A stretch of 63,890 nt of DNA, the filler included, from Hausera hauseri (lineage: Eukaryota): NCBI GenBank assembly GCA_046269625.1. It is 11 parts of 11 records of this genome, joined end to end, with 100 filler letters (N's around TTAATTAATTAA, not from the genome) between each part and the next. Parts side by side here need not be neighbours in the genome. Positions count along the whole stretch, not along the records: positions 1 to 9,461 come from JBJURY010368815.1; positions 9,562 to 14,435 come from JBJURY010407478.1; 9 more parts are not named here. One strand, written 5' to 3'. A program made the translations under genes and the position numbers. Below are positions 1 through 11,003 of this stretch, piece by piece. The first letter of the stretch is position 1, and each line of letters begins with the position of its first letter. The notes beneath the pieces were generated by a model. The model ran no database searches, had not been told where the DNA came from, and saw nothing but the letters and a program-made list of their open reading frames with translations.

Positions 1-224
1 TGTAGTTCCGTGTTGATCTATCTGTAAATAGTTTTGGAATTTGGGATCAGGACGGTTACGTATTTCTGAAAAAATCCGTCGATGCTAAGTCGGCTCATTT
101 TCGGGTCGATCTGATTATTTACTAATCTGAAGAAGAAAACATAAAGATTAATCTAAAAACAAAGTGTGGTTTTAAATCAAAACAAATTCTTTGTTTGATG
201 ACAGAATAACCTGATCTGTAATTG

Positions 225-863
225 TCAGGTTATTTTATCATAGGGGTCTACAGGGTTTTCCACCTCCCTTAATTCCCATTCTGTATTTTTAGGGCGTTTA
301 GAATAATAATTTTTGGTAACTAACCGAACAATCGCAGTTAATAAAATGAGAACAAATGTTGACGATGCGATAATGGATACAATCGGTAATGCGCTTAACC
401 ATATTGGTACTTGTGTGGTGGTTGGAGTTGTTGTCATCTTCGATATTTTCATACAATGTCGATCTCGTACTGATTTCGCCCAGGGTATGTACCGTAATTG
501 TTTGGTTATGCTTATTCTCTGTATATACTTGTACTATGTAATCGGTTGTAATAATTTATTATCTTCCTGTTTTTGTATCTCTTCGACTGTTGGTTTCTTT
601 TCCGTTTTAACAACTTCTAATCTTGATCCACTCTTCCGAATTCCGTATACATCTCCTAGCGTAGATTCATCGTGCCACCATTGGGTGTGTACCCTCGGCA
701 CATAAGAAGCAATCATCGATAATGCTAGAACTATCTGAACGTATGATATTGGCCTAGAAACTATTGATGTAGTTTTTATCTCGCGTTGGCGTAGGTTGTA
801 ACGTTTATTGGGCCGTCTCTGTCCTGACGACTCTTTGTACCGACACGACTTCTTCCTTTCCAT
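225..863 (-). pseudogene. Small type-I membrane protein at the env position, downstream of a Gypsy integrase
   Basis: ORFs 534..863 and 225..452 share a frame, with one stop at 534-536. They give RYNLR, a signal-like ISYVQIVLALSMIAS, a Thr-rich stretch, a TM segment LPIVSIIASSTFVLILLTAIV and a tail ending YDKIT. Confidence 0.55.
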
Positions 864-1610
864 TTTTATTGATATATACTGTGGTTGGTGTAACTCTGGT
901 AACTTCGTACGGTCCTCTGCCTGTACGAGTCAATTTTAATGAGGTGCCTTTCCTGACTACTCGATAATGTACATAAACCAAATTTCCTTGTTCTAAACAA
1001 TGTTGTTTCGCTTTCCTATCGTATTGCTTTTGAACTGCTCTTGATATTCTTGAGATAACTCCTTGGCAATTTTCCAACATTTCTGTAATCGCGTCTGTAG
1101 CACTTCTGCCAAATTCTGTTCTAAACATTTGGGATTGACTGTATACGGTGTCATTCCTAAATCTGTGGGTAACACGGCTTCGCGTCCGTATATCATAAAA
1201 ATGGTGTAAATCCTGTCGTCGGGTGTGGTGTGGTATTAATTGCAAATTGAGTTCCTTCTAAAAATTCGTCCCAATATTTCTGGTCCTTAGCTACAACTGT
1301 TGATAATATGCGTATGACAGTTGCATTCATACGTTCGACCATTCTATTACACTGAGGGTGATATGCGGTAGTTGTTAGTCGTTCGATTTCAAATATCTTG
1401 GTAATTTTCTCGAAAAGTTCGCTGGTAAAATTTCTTCCGCGATCCGTTAATGTTTGGTCGGGTGGTCCGTATCGGCAAATAATTCTTCTTACTACGGCTT
1501 CTGCCAGGGTTTCTGCCTTTTGATCAATTAATGCTGTCAACTTGACAAAATGAGTTAATCGATCAATAGAAGTTAAGATATATTTATTGTTCTTGTGAGT
1601 CGTAGGACTT
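805..1610 (-). pseudogene. Ty3/Gypsy integrase core and GPY/F C-terminal domain; frameshifted, N-terminus missing
   Basis: NKYILTSIDRLT, LTDRGRNFTS, TTAYHPQCNRMVERMN, NTTPHPTTGFTPF and GRGPYEV motifs. Confidence 0.93.
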
Positions 1611-1887
1611 GGATTGTCGACACAAGTACCGTCGAGATTGTCTAGAAAAATTGACGTTAGAAAACAAGAAAACCACGTGTCCTGTGTGTAGGGCAGAAGC
1701 GACGGACTTGAAGTATTACTCAAACGGCAATTATACCAGAGTGGACAGAATAAAACCCCATTTTAGCTACGAGTTGGAGACTAATCCTAAAGAGAATCAA
1801 ACCAATTCAAGTTCGGGACCCAGCTTAAGACAGCGTATGGATTTATTACGGACAAACCGTTCAGACAAACCTCTCCTGAAGCAATAG
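1609..1887 (+). pseudogene. C-terminal half of a RING finger at the 3' end of an LTR element
   Basis: LDCRHKY.RDCLEKL...TCPVCR. The first CxxC is lost at the junction near 1610. Confidence 0.7.
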
Positions 1888-1915
1888 GCACATCCGAGGG
1901 TGCTGCTCAGGGAGA

Positions 1916-2857
1916 TGTTGGAGAACAAAAGTCATAGTCAACTGCAGTAGAGACCAATATAGTAGCTGGTCTATTGTTGAAATTAATAGCAAGATTAAGC
2001 AATAACAAAAGCTGTAAATAATATTAATGTGAATAATTTATGTATATAGCAATAATATAAACACAGAAAAAGCAAAGTAAACCGTTGTAAATGATATTAC
2101 TGTTATAATAACGGTATCATGCAATAGAGAAATGGCAAAATTTTAAATAGTCAAAATGGCAAATTTGTACATAGCGAATTAGCTGATATATAAAATTGAT
2201 TAAACAGAAGATTGTAAAAATTCAATATTACTAGAACGAAATATTAACTAGTTTAATTACCATTGATAAACTACAAATGTCAAAATTTCGGAGATATTAA
2301 TTATTGCTCGGACGAATTATCGGCATTAAAATAAATCAAATCATTGAAATTGAAAGAAAAACGTAGGCGAATAGAAATTAGCTGAGCTGATAGAGCTATA
2401 TAAGGCTTACAAAATCGTGGCAAAATCAGAAAAATTTTTGGAGTCTAATTTAATGCGTATTATTGTGTTGAAATTAAAGAAAATCCAGAAGACTGTTCCG
2501 AACCGACAGACGTCGATTTACGAATTTGAAAGACTTTGTAACGTATATATTTGATCGATACCGTGTAGAATCAATTGGTAATTGTCTTATTAATATAATC
2601 TGTTGTATTTAAATTTCCTCATAGTTTTTCCTTCGCCCCTTAAGGGTGGTTAGAAGTCATTAAGGTTAAAATCTACATGTAAACTATATAGTTGAGAGAT
2701 CTTGAAATCGATAGCACAGGACCGCACGCATATACTCGCACAGATTTTAAAATCGTTAAGGTGCATTCTGTCTACACGATAACGGTAGACCGAACTGCAT
2801 AGCAAAATAAATTCGAGTGAAACTATTGTTATATAGTGGGAGACGTATAGGGCGACA
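1916..2857 (+). repeat. Probable LTR of about 940 bp
   Basis: Non-coding AT-rich block. It starts TGTTG after a short purine run (AGGGAGA) and ends CGACA, 2 nt before a PBS. The 5' boundary is inferred and no second copy is present. Confidence 0.6.
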
Positions 2858-2859
2858 TT

Positions 2860-2877
2860 TGGCGACCCTAGCAGGAC
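2860..2877 (+). promoter_or_regulatory. Primer-binding site, probably tRNA-Arg
   Basis: TGGCGACCCTAGCAGGAC follows ...CA-TT. It resembles the tRNA-Arg PBS (TGGCGACCGTGACAGGAC type) of 412/mdg1-like elements. Confidence 0.75.
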
Positions 2878-3258
2878 AGTTTGTACATTGCTAGACTTTA
2901 CTTATCAGAGTTAAATAATTATATACAGGCGAACAGCGCCATTACATCGAGTAACTGGACTTATTCAGAATCGGAATTTAAAATTTGGGTATATAGGCTA
3001 TTTTTACGGGAATAAGTAAACAAAACTTAATTGAGAACAAACATTGATAGGTAAGGAATAAACCATATATTAAAAGACAATTCACCTATATGTGAAACGC
3101 TTAGAAATATATACAGCGAAACCGAAAAAGTAGATAGACGTTCAAATTCCGAGAACAGAACTCAACTAGACGTCACCGAGCATAATAAGCAATTTACAAT
3201 CCCACGCAAAAAACCTAAACTGAACAAAGCAAACGCAGAAATAAATAACGTAAATAAT

Positions 3259-4320
3259 ATGGCAACAGATAACCCTCCAGTAGCGCAGAAACTAGATATA
3301 TTCACTTTTGACTCTCTAAACCTGCCGGCATATGACGGAGACCCGGACGGGCTCAATGAATTCTTGAGAACTTATAAATGACATGCAGAAGGTGCTAGCC
3401 TCACTCCTGAAGTAATGATAAAACGTTTGTCATTATATTTGAAAAATCTAGCCGCAGATGCTTATAGCGAACTCACTAATATGGAAAAGAAATCTTGGTC
3501 CTCCCTGGTAGGAGCATTAAATCGCAAATTGTTGCCGACCGTAACGCCGTAACAAAAGCTTATGGCATTTCAGAACCGAGTACAGCAAAAGGGTGAATCG
3601 GTAACTCAATTCGCATTTGCGTTAAAGAAGCTTGCTAACAGTTACATTAGTACATTAAGGATAGCCAACGTAGCGAAAGACAAGACAGAGGCGGAACGTG
3701 ACTCCGCAGAGAAGGCCTCACCACCGGATTTAGATGTTATGATGACAACGCAACTAATAAATGGTATTTGGTCGCTAGACTTAGTTAAACAGTTGATTTC
3801 AACTAGACCCAAGAATTTTGGAGAAACGTTGCGATTAGCTCAAGACTTAGAAATGGCGCTAGATAGATACGCCAGGCATGATATAAACGATAGAAACAAT
3901 GATCACAATGACCTTAATGATAGAAATCGCAACAATAATCACGGAAGAGATGACGGACGATTTACAAGTAACAGAAATTATGGACATAGAAAGAATAATG
4001 GCGGTTAAAGAAATGGCAGAGGTGGTAATTATACTAATACGAACAGATCCGACTCTAATTGGGATAGGAGTAAAGGAAACTATAAAGGTCCGAATTATTT
4101 GAATCAAAACGGCGCTAATCGAAATAATGATAACAGACGAAGTACGGACATCGCGCAAGGCGTGTCAATCCAGTATAACCAAAGCACAAATAGATCTACG
4201 TCACCAGTAAACGAAGACGGTATACAAAGAGTCGGCAGAAACGGAAACTTAGTTTGTTTTACCTGCGGCAAAGAAGGACATATTTTAAGGTCATGTCCCA
4301 ATCCGCGTAGCGTTTCATTT
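3259..4320 (+). pseudogene. gag: Ty3/Gypsy-type Gag: capsid, Asn/Arg/Gly-rich linker and CCHC zinc knuckle, with in-frame stops
   Basis: One frame from ATG 3259: LPAYDGDPDGLNEFL, YLKNLAADAY, QQKGESVTQFAFALKKLA, CFTCGKEGHILRSC. Confidence 0.9.
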
Positions 4321-7300
4321 ACTGAACCAAATAAGACCAGTATGATTAGAATCAATGAAAATCTAGAAGCAAAATATGGTGTTTGTGGGGAAACAGGAAC
4401 TATCATTGATATACAGGACTTGAGAAATTTTTTAGATGATCAGCCGGATACTATGAACTTACAAATTTTGATGACTAGAAGAGAATACGGAGATAAGTTG
4501 AGATTATTAGAAGTATACCATAGCTTAGCAGAACCAGAAACTGAATATGAACACACGATAGCCCATAAATGCAGTGATATAACACGAAGAGTGTTCCGAC
4601 AAACAATAAGCCATCTGATAAACCAGGCACATCTACGGCAGTCGACTTAGACGCAGAGCCTGAATTTACAGTCGAAAAAGTAGCTAAGCTTACTGAGGAC
4701 GATGTAGAAGAAAAAGAATTTATGGAACCATTAATACTTAAAATTGCGAAGAATAGAGGCCGTAGCCCTTTACTAAAAACCAAACGTAGGAGTCGTTCAC
4801 GCTCCAAAATAACCAGAGAGAAAATTGAAGAAACGGAAAACCCGAACGTCGTTGTAGGAGGCGTCACGGATTATAGTTTGGATACACCGGAAATTGGTTC
4901 ACATACATCTACCGGAGTACCGGAACCGATAGAGCTAATTAATGACTTTAACGAGATCTGCCCACTTCTCATTAGTGAGGAAGAGACAACAAATAAGGAC
5001 GTTTTCGATCCCAAGAAGTGGAAAGTCCGACACTCCTGGAAAAATGCGAATGAATTAAGGAAATTGAAAAACAAACTTTATGAGTCAGAAATCTTACAGT
5101 GTGATCTAGAAAGGCTTAAACAAATTAGCGAACAGGTGGATATATCCGGAAAAGTACAGCAATACGCTGAAAAGTTATATAAAAGTTTAAAACTGCGTCG
5201 TGAGGGAAAGTTTGCTGAGGCAATCGACCTGGAACAATCCGAAGAGGTATCAGCCGAAACGTTGTTAAAATGGAAGCGGGAATTAGAATTGTGGATTAAA
5301 AGCGGGTTAGAATTTTCAGAAGGATGGAATAAAAACGAAGATAGGTTTGACGTAAAAGTCACTAAAGCTCAGACATTGCTGTCCACTTTAGAAGCAAACC
5401 CGAAATTAAAGAGAGCAGCTCGCAGTTTAGAACGTATGATGGATGAAATTCGCCTTGAAATGATTCGCCGGCTCAGGGAAAAACCGGTTAACCATCGAAG
5501 TAATATCGACTTAGAAATATTGGGTATAGACCTAGTAGATATTCCTCCCTTAATGGAGATGATTGAATTCACGTTCGCCGTACCTAGACAATATACGAAT
5601 TTAGAGAGTCGTATTAAAATAGAAAATGAAATACAAGCACAGATTTATAGTTTGAGAAATCGAATTATGTTCCCAAACAACGAGGATACTCAATATACAA
5701 TTAAGACTTGTATCGTAGAATGGGACGAGTATAGGGATGAGTTCAGTTATGTCGGTCGAGTTATGAATTTCCTAAAAGCACCAGATGATGAATTAGAAGA
5801 TGCTTATAAGATGCTAGATAAAACTATAATGGCGAAACCTGTAATCGCAAATCAACTGTCGGAATGGTCCGAATTAGTAACGCGACTAACCAAATTAGTA
5901 GAAGATCGTAAAACAGAATTTCCGCAAAGCGAGCCAACGGTGAAGAAGCAACTATAAGAAAGTGCACACGATTTAGCCACGTTGCGGATAGAAATAGACA
6001 TCCGTACTCAATTTGAAGCGCTACGACGACTAAAATTTATGAAAAAGGAACGGGAAGCGTCGATGATGGAGGAAATATACAAATTGATCGAAGAGACGAA
6101 CTTTACGGAGAAACGGAATATGATTTACAATGTAAATTCAAAGTTAAAGATTGTCCGGCTAGAAGGGATTCAATATTTAACCGAGAAACCAATCGACAAA
6201 ATTTCTGTACCAGACATTAAAATCTTGGACATTTGTCCAGAATATCGAGATACGTTAACGGATGCAATAAGGTTTTTACACAAACCTCAAGAATGGATGG
6301 CCGGATCAGACCAGAATTTCCATACCAAGTTGATAGAAATCGGAAACGACCCACATTTTAGCTTTCAGGAACACAAGTTTGTAAAGAAATTGTCGGATGC
6401 AATGGACCCTGATTCAAAGGTTATTAGTGGAAATGGCAGAAACCAGTGATGAACAGATGAGGCAGTTGATGCCCAAGATACAGAAAGGAGAAGAAACATG
6501 TATCAAGACAAAACAAAGAGAGACAAGGTTAGATGAAATAACAAGAGCTTGGAGTCTATCGAAACAAATATGCTTTTACCGAATCCGAGATTAAGAATAA
6601 ACGAGAATTTTTACAAAGATGGCAAAAAGATGTGATTCTTGAATTGACAGATTATCACCAGAAACGGCTGGTTGGCCCGAACGAATTGGGCGAATTACTG
6701 AAAATGATTCAGTATGCCTGTGGAAATGGACTAGGTTTCCAAACTACGCAAATGAAAGAAATACAACCTAGATTAAAGGAAATTCGGGAAAACATTCAGA
6801 GCCAATGCGGCTTTAGTGGACTATCGACTCCCGGATGACGGAAACGAACCCAAATGGTATGCATACTTCGACGAAATACTTGCCGGAAAATCTATGACTC
6901 CAGTACAGCTAAACGAAATAGAAACATGTCCGCAGGACAGGAGATTCAATGTGGAGATGCTACTAGATTCAGCGCTAACTGAAGAAGATTTGATTGAGCT
7001 AATTAACGTAAACATTACTGAGAGTAAATTAAGACAACTTATTCCAACTTTAACTACACTATCTAGCGAAAACACGATTTATAGTACGGTGCCGAAACTT
7101 TTGATAAGGAAGTACGCTAAGATCTTGAGGGCTAAACCTGCGGTGACGATAAAGGTAATGGTGTCATCCGAATAGATGGACGAAAAAGAATGCAAGTTGA
7201 CTACATATTCCTACGTAAAAAATATAAGAGAATGGCTAATAAACAATCGTGGAACGAACGAGTTAAACTACAGATTATATTTTAGAGGTAGAATACTCGA

Positions 7301-8092
7301 TGAATTAGAACAACTAACAGACGTCGGGATTATTCCTGACGAAACAAATCGGATAGTAGTAGTAATAACTAACGAACAGACAAAAGAAGAAGCTACACGT
7401 AAAGCCAAAACAGAACAATGCGTAGGACAAATCATGGGAGTTCGAGACGCTGAACTATATTTTGAGTATTTGCAAACGGACAAAGATAATGAACAATACA
7501 ACGTAAATCTAGTACCACTAAGTGAAACAACCATTAAGGCTTTAAGACTGAAACGTCTAGTAGACAGACCTAGAAAACTGCGAAAAGAAGTGGATTACAA
7601 CGGAGAATTAATTAAAGAATTGATACAGATGTCGATTCCGACTCTTAGCCCAGATAACGAGGAATTAGGCGAGTTAATGAAAAATTTAATACGAATTGTG
7701 AATTATTCTAGCTTTCGAGGGGATGTGTTAAATGATAAAGAAAAGATAATTTTAGATGCAGCCAAATGACACGAAGTTTGCCTTTCAAACTATCGAAAAG
7801 TAATTTAACTGATGAATCGGTAATCGAAAAGATCATGGTAGGAAATACGAATAAAGAACTGAGAAAAGTATTGCTATACTTAGTAGTCAAAATAAATCCT
7901 AATCGAAAGAATGAAATCAATCGGGCTATAAGCTTAGCACGGAGAGCAGCAAGAAGAATGCCTTGCGAAGTAAATTGGGCGAGACTATTTGACAAGGAAG
8001 AAGGCAAACGAAACAATAATAAACTCGACGATATGTTACGTAACCTGACGGCGACAAACGCTGGAGGTCGAAAAATGAATCGAATTGGCTAA
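4321..8092 (+). pseudogene. Large charged, predicted alpha-helical region of unknown function in place of pol
   Basis: Chain of abutting ORFs broken by stops and frameshifts; the part from ~5460 on is conserved in the paralog at 25657-28340. I saw no D(T/S)G protease, YxDD or DDE motif. Confidence 0.7.
7143..7366 (+). other. Internal ubiquitin-like (beta-grasp) domain without a terminal GG
   Basis: VTIKVMVSS..EKECKLT..YVKNIREWL..YRLYFRGRILDELEQLTDVGI..RIVVVI parallels ubiquitin [20 protein letters not shown]. The paralog has KLYFRGKILD. Confidence 0.65.
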
Positions 8093-8097
8093 TTAGT

Positions 8098-8670
8098 TTG
8101 CTTACCTTAATGATGCTAATCAAGCATATAAGTGCGGTAACCGTCTATGATTGCGATAAGTTTAAACTAGGACAGAGATATTCGTTAATGGATCTGGAAG
8201 TATGCCAGGATGCCAGACCGCACAAATTAGGAACGACAGAACAAAGTTACTTCCTATATCAACAACAAGAATTGATATCGTTAGACGGAATGGAGTGCAT
8301 GCTGAGACGATCGCGTAGTATCTTCCACTGTGGACTAATACACGGACATTCCTCCATAATTAAGCCAACCACTCCGCTTATCCCAATGAATTTAGAACGC
8401 CAACACTGTAAACAAGCTAAAGAGAACGGAAGGGTACAATGGGACAGTATGCAATTAAAAATGCAACCAGGAAAGATAATCAGAGCATCTAAAGTAGTAG
8501 CTGGAAGGTTCGATATGCATAGCGAACATTGTAATGGAGCAGAATACGATACCGGAAAAGGATTAGAACCAAACGTGGTAGTTGTGGATTTCTATGAATC
8601 AGAAATGCGATCACAAAAGGTAATGTTCCATAGTGTAACTAAGTTATACACTGAGAATTAAAAATGCCAT
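8098..8670 (+). pseudogene. env: Chuvirus/jingchuviral-like (class III) fusion glycoprotein, N-terminal part
   Basis: Signal peptide followed by VYDC...YSLMDLEVC...ECMLRRSRSIFHCGLIHGHSS, the typical N-terminal pattern of chuviral G. Confidence 0.8.
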
Positions 8671-9461
8671 TTTTAAAATTAAGAACAGACACATGTAATA
8701 AGTGTAAATATTTAGAGGAAAAGTCAGTTCAATAGTTAAATAAACTGGTGTGACTTAATGTCAGCTTGCTATTCAGTTATTTGTGGCATGTGCTTGTTGT
8801 CCTATGTCAGTTATTGCAAATCCATCAACCAACCAATTGATAAATGACAACTTTATCTGCATTCTTGCAAGCACAAGCAAAATGACAGATTTAATACAAA
8901 ACGACAGATTTAATACAAAACAGTTGGTGTAACAAGGACACACAAAAATTTATCTCATGAAGAAAAAAAGGCAATTCCTGTAAATCCAATAACAGCTCCC
9001 ACCATGTCAGGATATCATAAAAAACTCACTGGAAAAATAGATATTAAACAACAAGTTGGGCATAAAAAACATAATTTTACAGATACGACAAATACTGTAG
9101 CAGCATTGATATGGCAAAAAAAAGAATTATGTCACGATATAAAATGTGGCATCGGTTTGACACAGATCATTTTAGAAGTATGCAGTAAATCAGATAAGTA
9201 AGTAAATAAATAAATAAATAAATAAAATCATCTCAAGAGGCACCGTCTTCAATGAGGAGGGGACAGAGACTTTTCAGAGTTATAACCTCCAACATCTAAA
9301 CCATAGTCCTCATCATTCAGTTCTTCTCCACCTCTCCTCCCTCTGCTGTCCTCTTCTTCGTCGTCCTCCTCATCCTCTTCTTCTTCCTCCTCCTCCTCTT
9401 CCTTGAAAACGTTCTGGTCCTTTCGAGTCGTTCTGTCCCTCTTGGGCCCTTTGCAGATCTT

Positions 9462-9561
9462 NNNNNNNNNNNNNNNNNNNNNNNNNNNNNNNNNNNNNNN
9501 NNNNNTTAATTAATTAANNNNNNNNNNNNNNNNNNNNNNNNNNNNNNNNNNNNNNNNNNNN
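9462..9561. other. Artificial contig-joining spacer. The others are at 14436-14535, 19428-19527, 25557-25656, 29957-30056, 38047-38146, 42205-42304, 48722-48821, 54098-54197 and 59808-59907.
   Basis: The same 44N + TTAATTAATTAA (stops in all six frames) + 44N block occurs ten times. Adjacency across spacers has no biological meaning. Confidence 0.98.
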
Positions 9562-9909
9562 CTGGATAAACTTTCTGGTGCTCTGCATAAATTAAACGTG
9601 GATTTAAGGTTAAACGAAACGACCGTGCAACAATACTCAGTCGATTTACCAGCGCAAAAAACGAAACTGTTTGATTTTATCGGTCGCGAAATGTCTCATG
9701 TACCCGATGGATATGGTGGTTTAAAGTGTCGACTGAATATCGAGTTACAAGAATACAAGGAAAAAGCCGGTATCAAAAGCCCGATTTGGCGTGTAGCTGA
9801 AGGACATTTTATTTATCAACAAATTTTGTTTTACCGTTCTTCTTCTTCTTTTATTAACCCAATTAACGAGTATAAATATACGTGTAATTTTAATATTGGC
9901 ATAAGAATA

Positions 9910-10377
9910 ATGATAATAAATCATGTACAGATTACCTTAACAGACGAAAATGCTTTTGTACCGAGACGTGTTACAGCAAACAGTGCAGGCTACGATGTGT
10001 TTTCCAATGTCAATACGACAATTCCTGACAGCACAATCAATTGCATAGCGACTGGGATTCGATTGGCAATTCCACCGGTTACTACGTACAACTTTTGTCG
10101 AAAAGCGGACTGGCAAAGCTCGGACTTATGATTGTGGGCGGCGGCGGATTTACACTTTCGTGGTGAAATTAAGGTGTTGCTGGGAAACCAATCCGGGGAA
10201 CCGTATGCTTTTCCCAAAGGCAGTGCAATCGCACAAATTGTTTTTCGTCGCTGTGAAGAGGTGGAATTCAGTGTAATGTCACCGGAACAATGAGGATTGT
10301 TTTGCGTCAATGAATCAAGGCGAAATGAACGCAAAGAATTTGGCTTTGGTGATATGGCCAAGACCATCTGTGTTTAG
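9910..10377 (+). pseudogene. dut: dUTPase, frameshifted
   Basis: SAGYDVFS, ATGIRLAIP, SKSGLA, FRGEIKVLLGN, KGSAIAQIVF and a C-terminal R..FGFG motif. Confidence 0.92.
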
Positions 10378-10451
10378 TTATTGTGATAATAATAATAGTT
10401 AGTTGTTTTGCTTGTGTTATAAACAAAAAATTATTTTGTACGAGATAAGGA

Positions 10452-10899
10452 ATGGCGACAGCATTTATAGATATTGAAGCTTTCCAAGATGATAATTGCC
10501 GGTACGTGATAAAAGAATTATGCACTATAGACGTCTGTAACATTTTCGAACCGCTTGTATACATATTCAAGCCCGGTATTGTATGCAAATACCTGACGGA
10601 AAAAGCGAAAATTACAAATGGATTTTCTTTTTGACATCGTCATGGACTTCAATTTTCTGTGCGACATGTAGTACGGTAGAGATTTGTGATCGTTTTAACA
10701 TTGAAAATACAATATTTTACATTAAAGATCAAATTGGCGGAGAAAAGTTTACACAACTCCATTCACACTTTCAAGAACATCGAACAGCTCGCTCACAATA
10801 GTACCTTACAATATTAGATGTCCGTATCGTGATAATGGACCGCATTGTGCTTATAAAAAATGTCTACGGCTTTGTATTGATTATATTTTATGCAAATAA
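10452..10899 (+). pseudogene. Maverick-associated DnaQ/DEDD-like exonuclease
   Basis: FIDIEAF...YVIKEL...YIFKP...HGL, and a C-terminal C...HCAYKKC motif. Confidence 0.7.
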
Positions 10900-11003
10900 A
10901 TAAATATATTTCTCCGTATAAGTCAGTAGAATAATTCAAACACTATAAATACGGGTAGGAAATAATATTAATCATCATTGAAATAGTTAATCAACTGAAG
11001 CAA

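Larger units (their letters stand above)
1916..8670 (+). mobile_element. LTR retroelement: LTR-PBS-Gag-unknown helical region-UBL-chuvirus-like glycoprotein; 3' truncated and decayed
   Basis: LTR/PBS, gag motifs and glycoprotein motifs. Collinear with 25657-29956; similarity stops abruptly near 8670. Confidence 0.85.

Noticed and set aside
3259-8661. Alternative genetic code explaining the in-frame stops
   Set aside because: All three stop types and many frameshifts occur, at different positions in the paralogs, which indicates ordinary decay.
9506-9517. Recurrent TTAATTAATTAA as a biological motif or piggyBac target site
   Set aside because: It is always centred in N runs, so it is an artificial linker.
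9598-10131. Single fusion protein of an unknown domain with dUTPase
   Set aside because: A TATA box and an ATG at 9910 lie inside it, and the paralog does not keep the frame. It is probably read-through from a mutated upstream gene.
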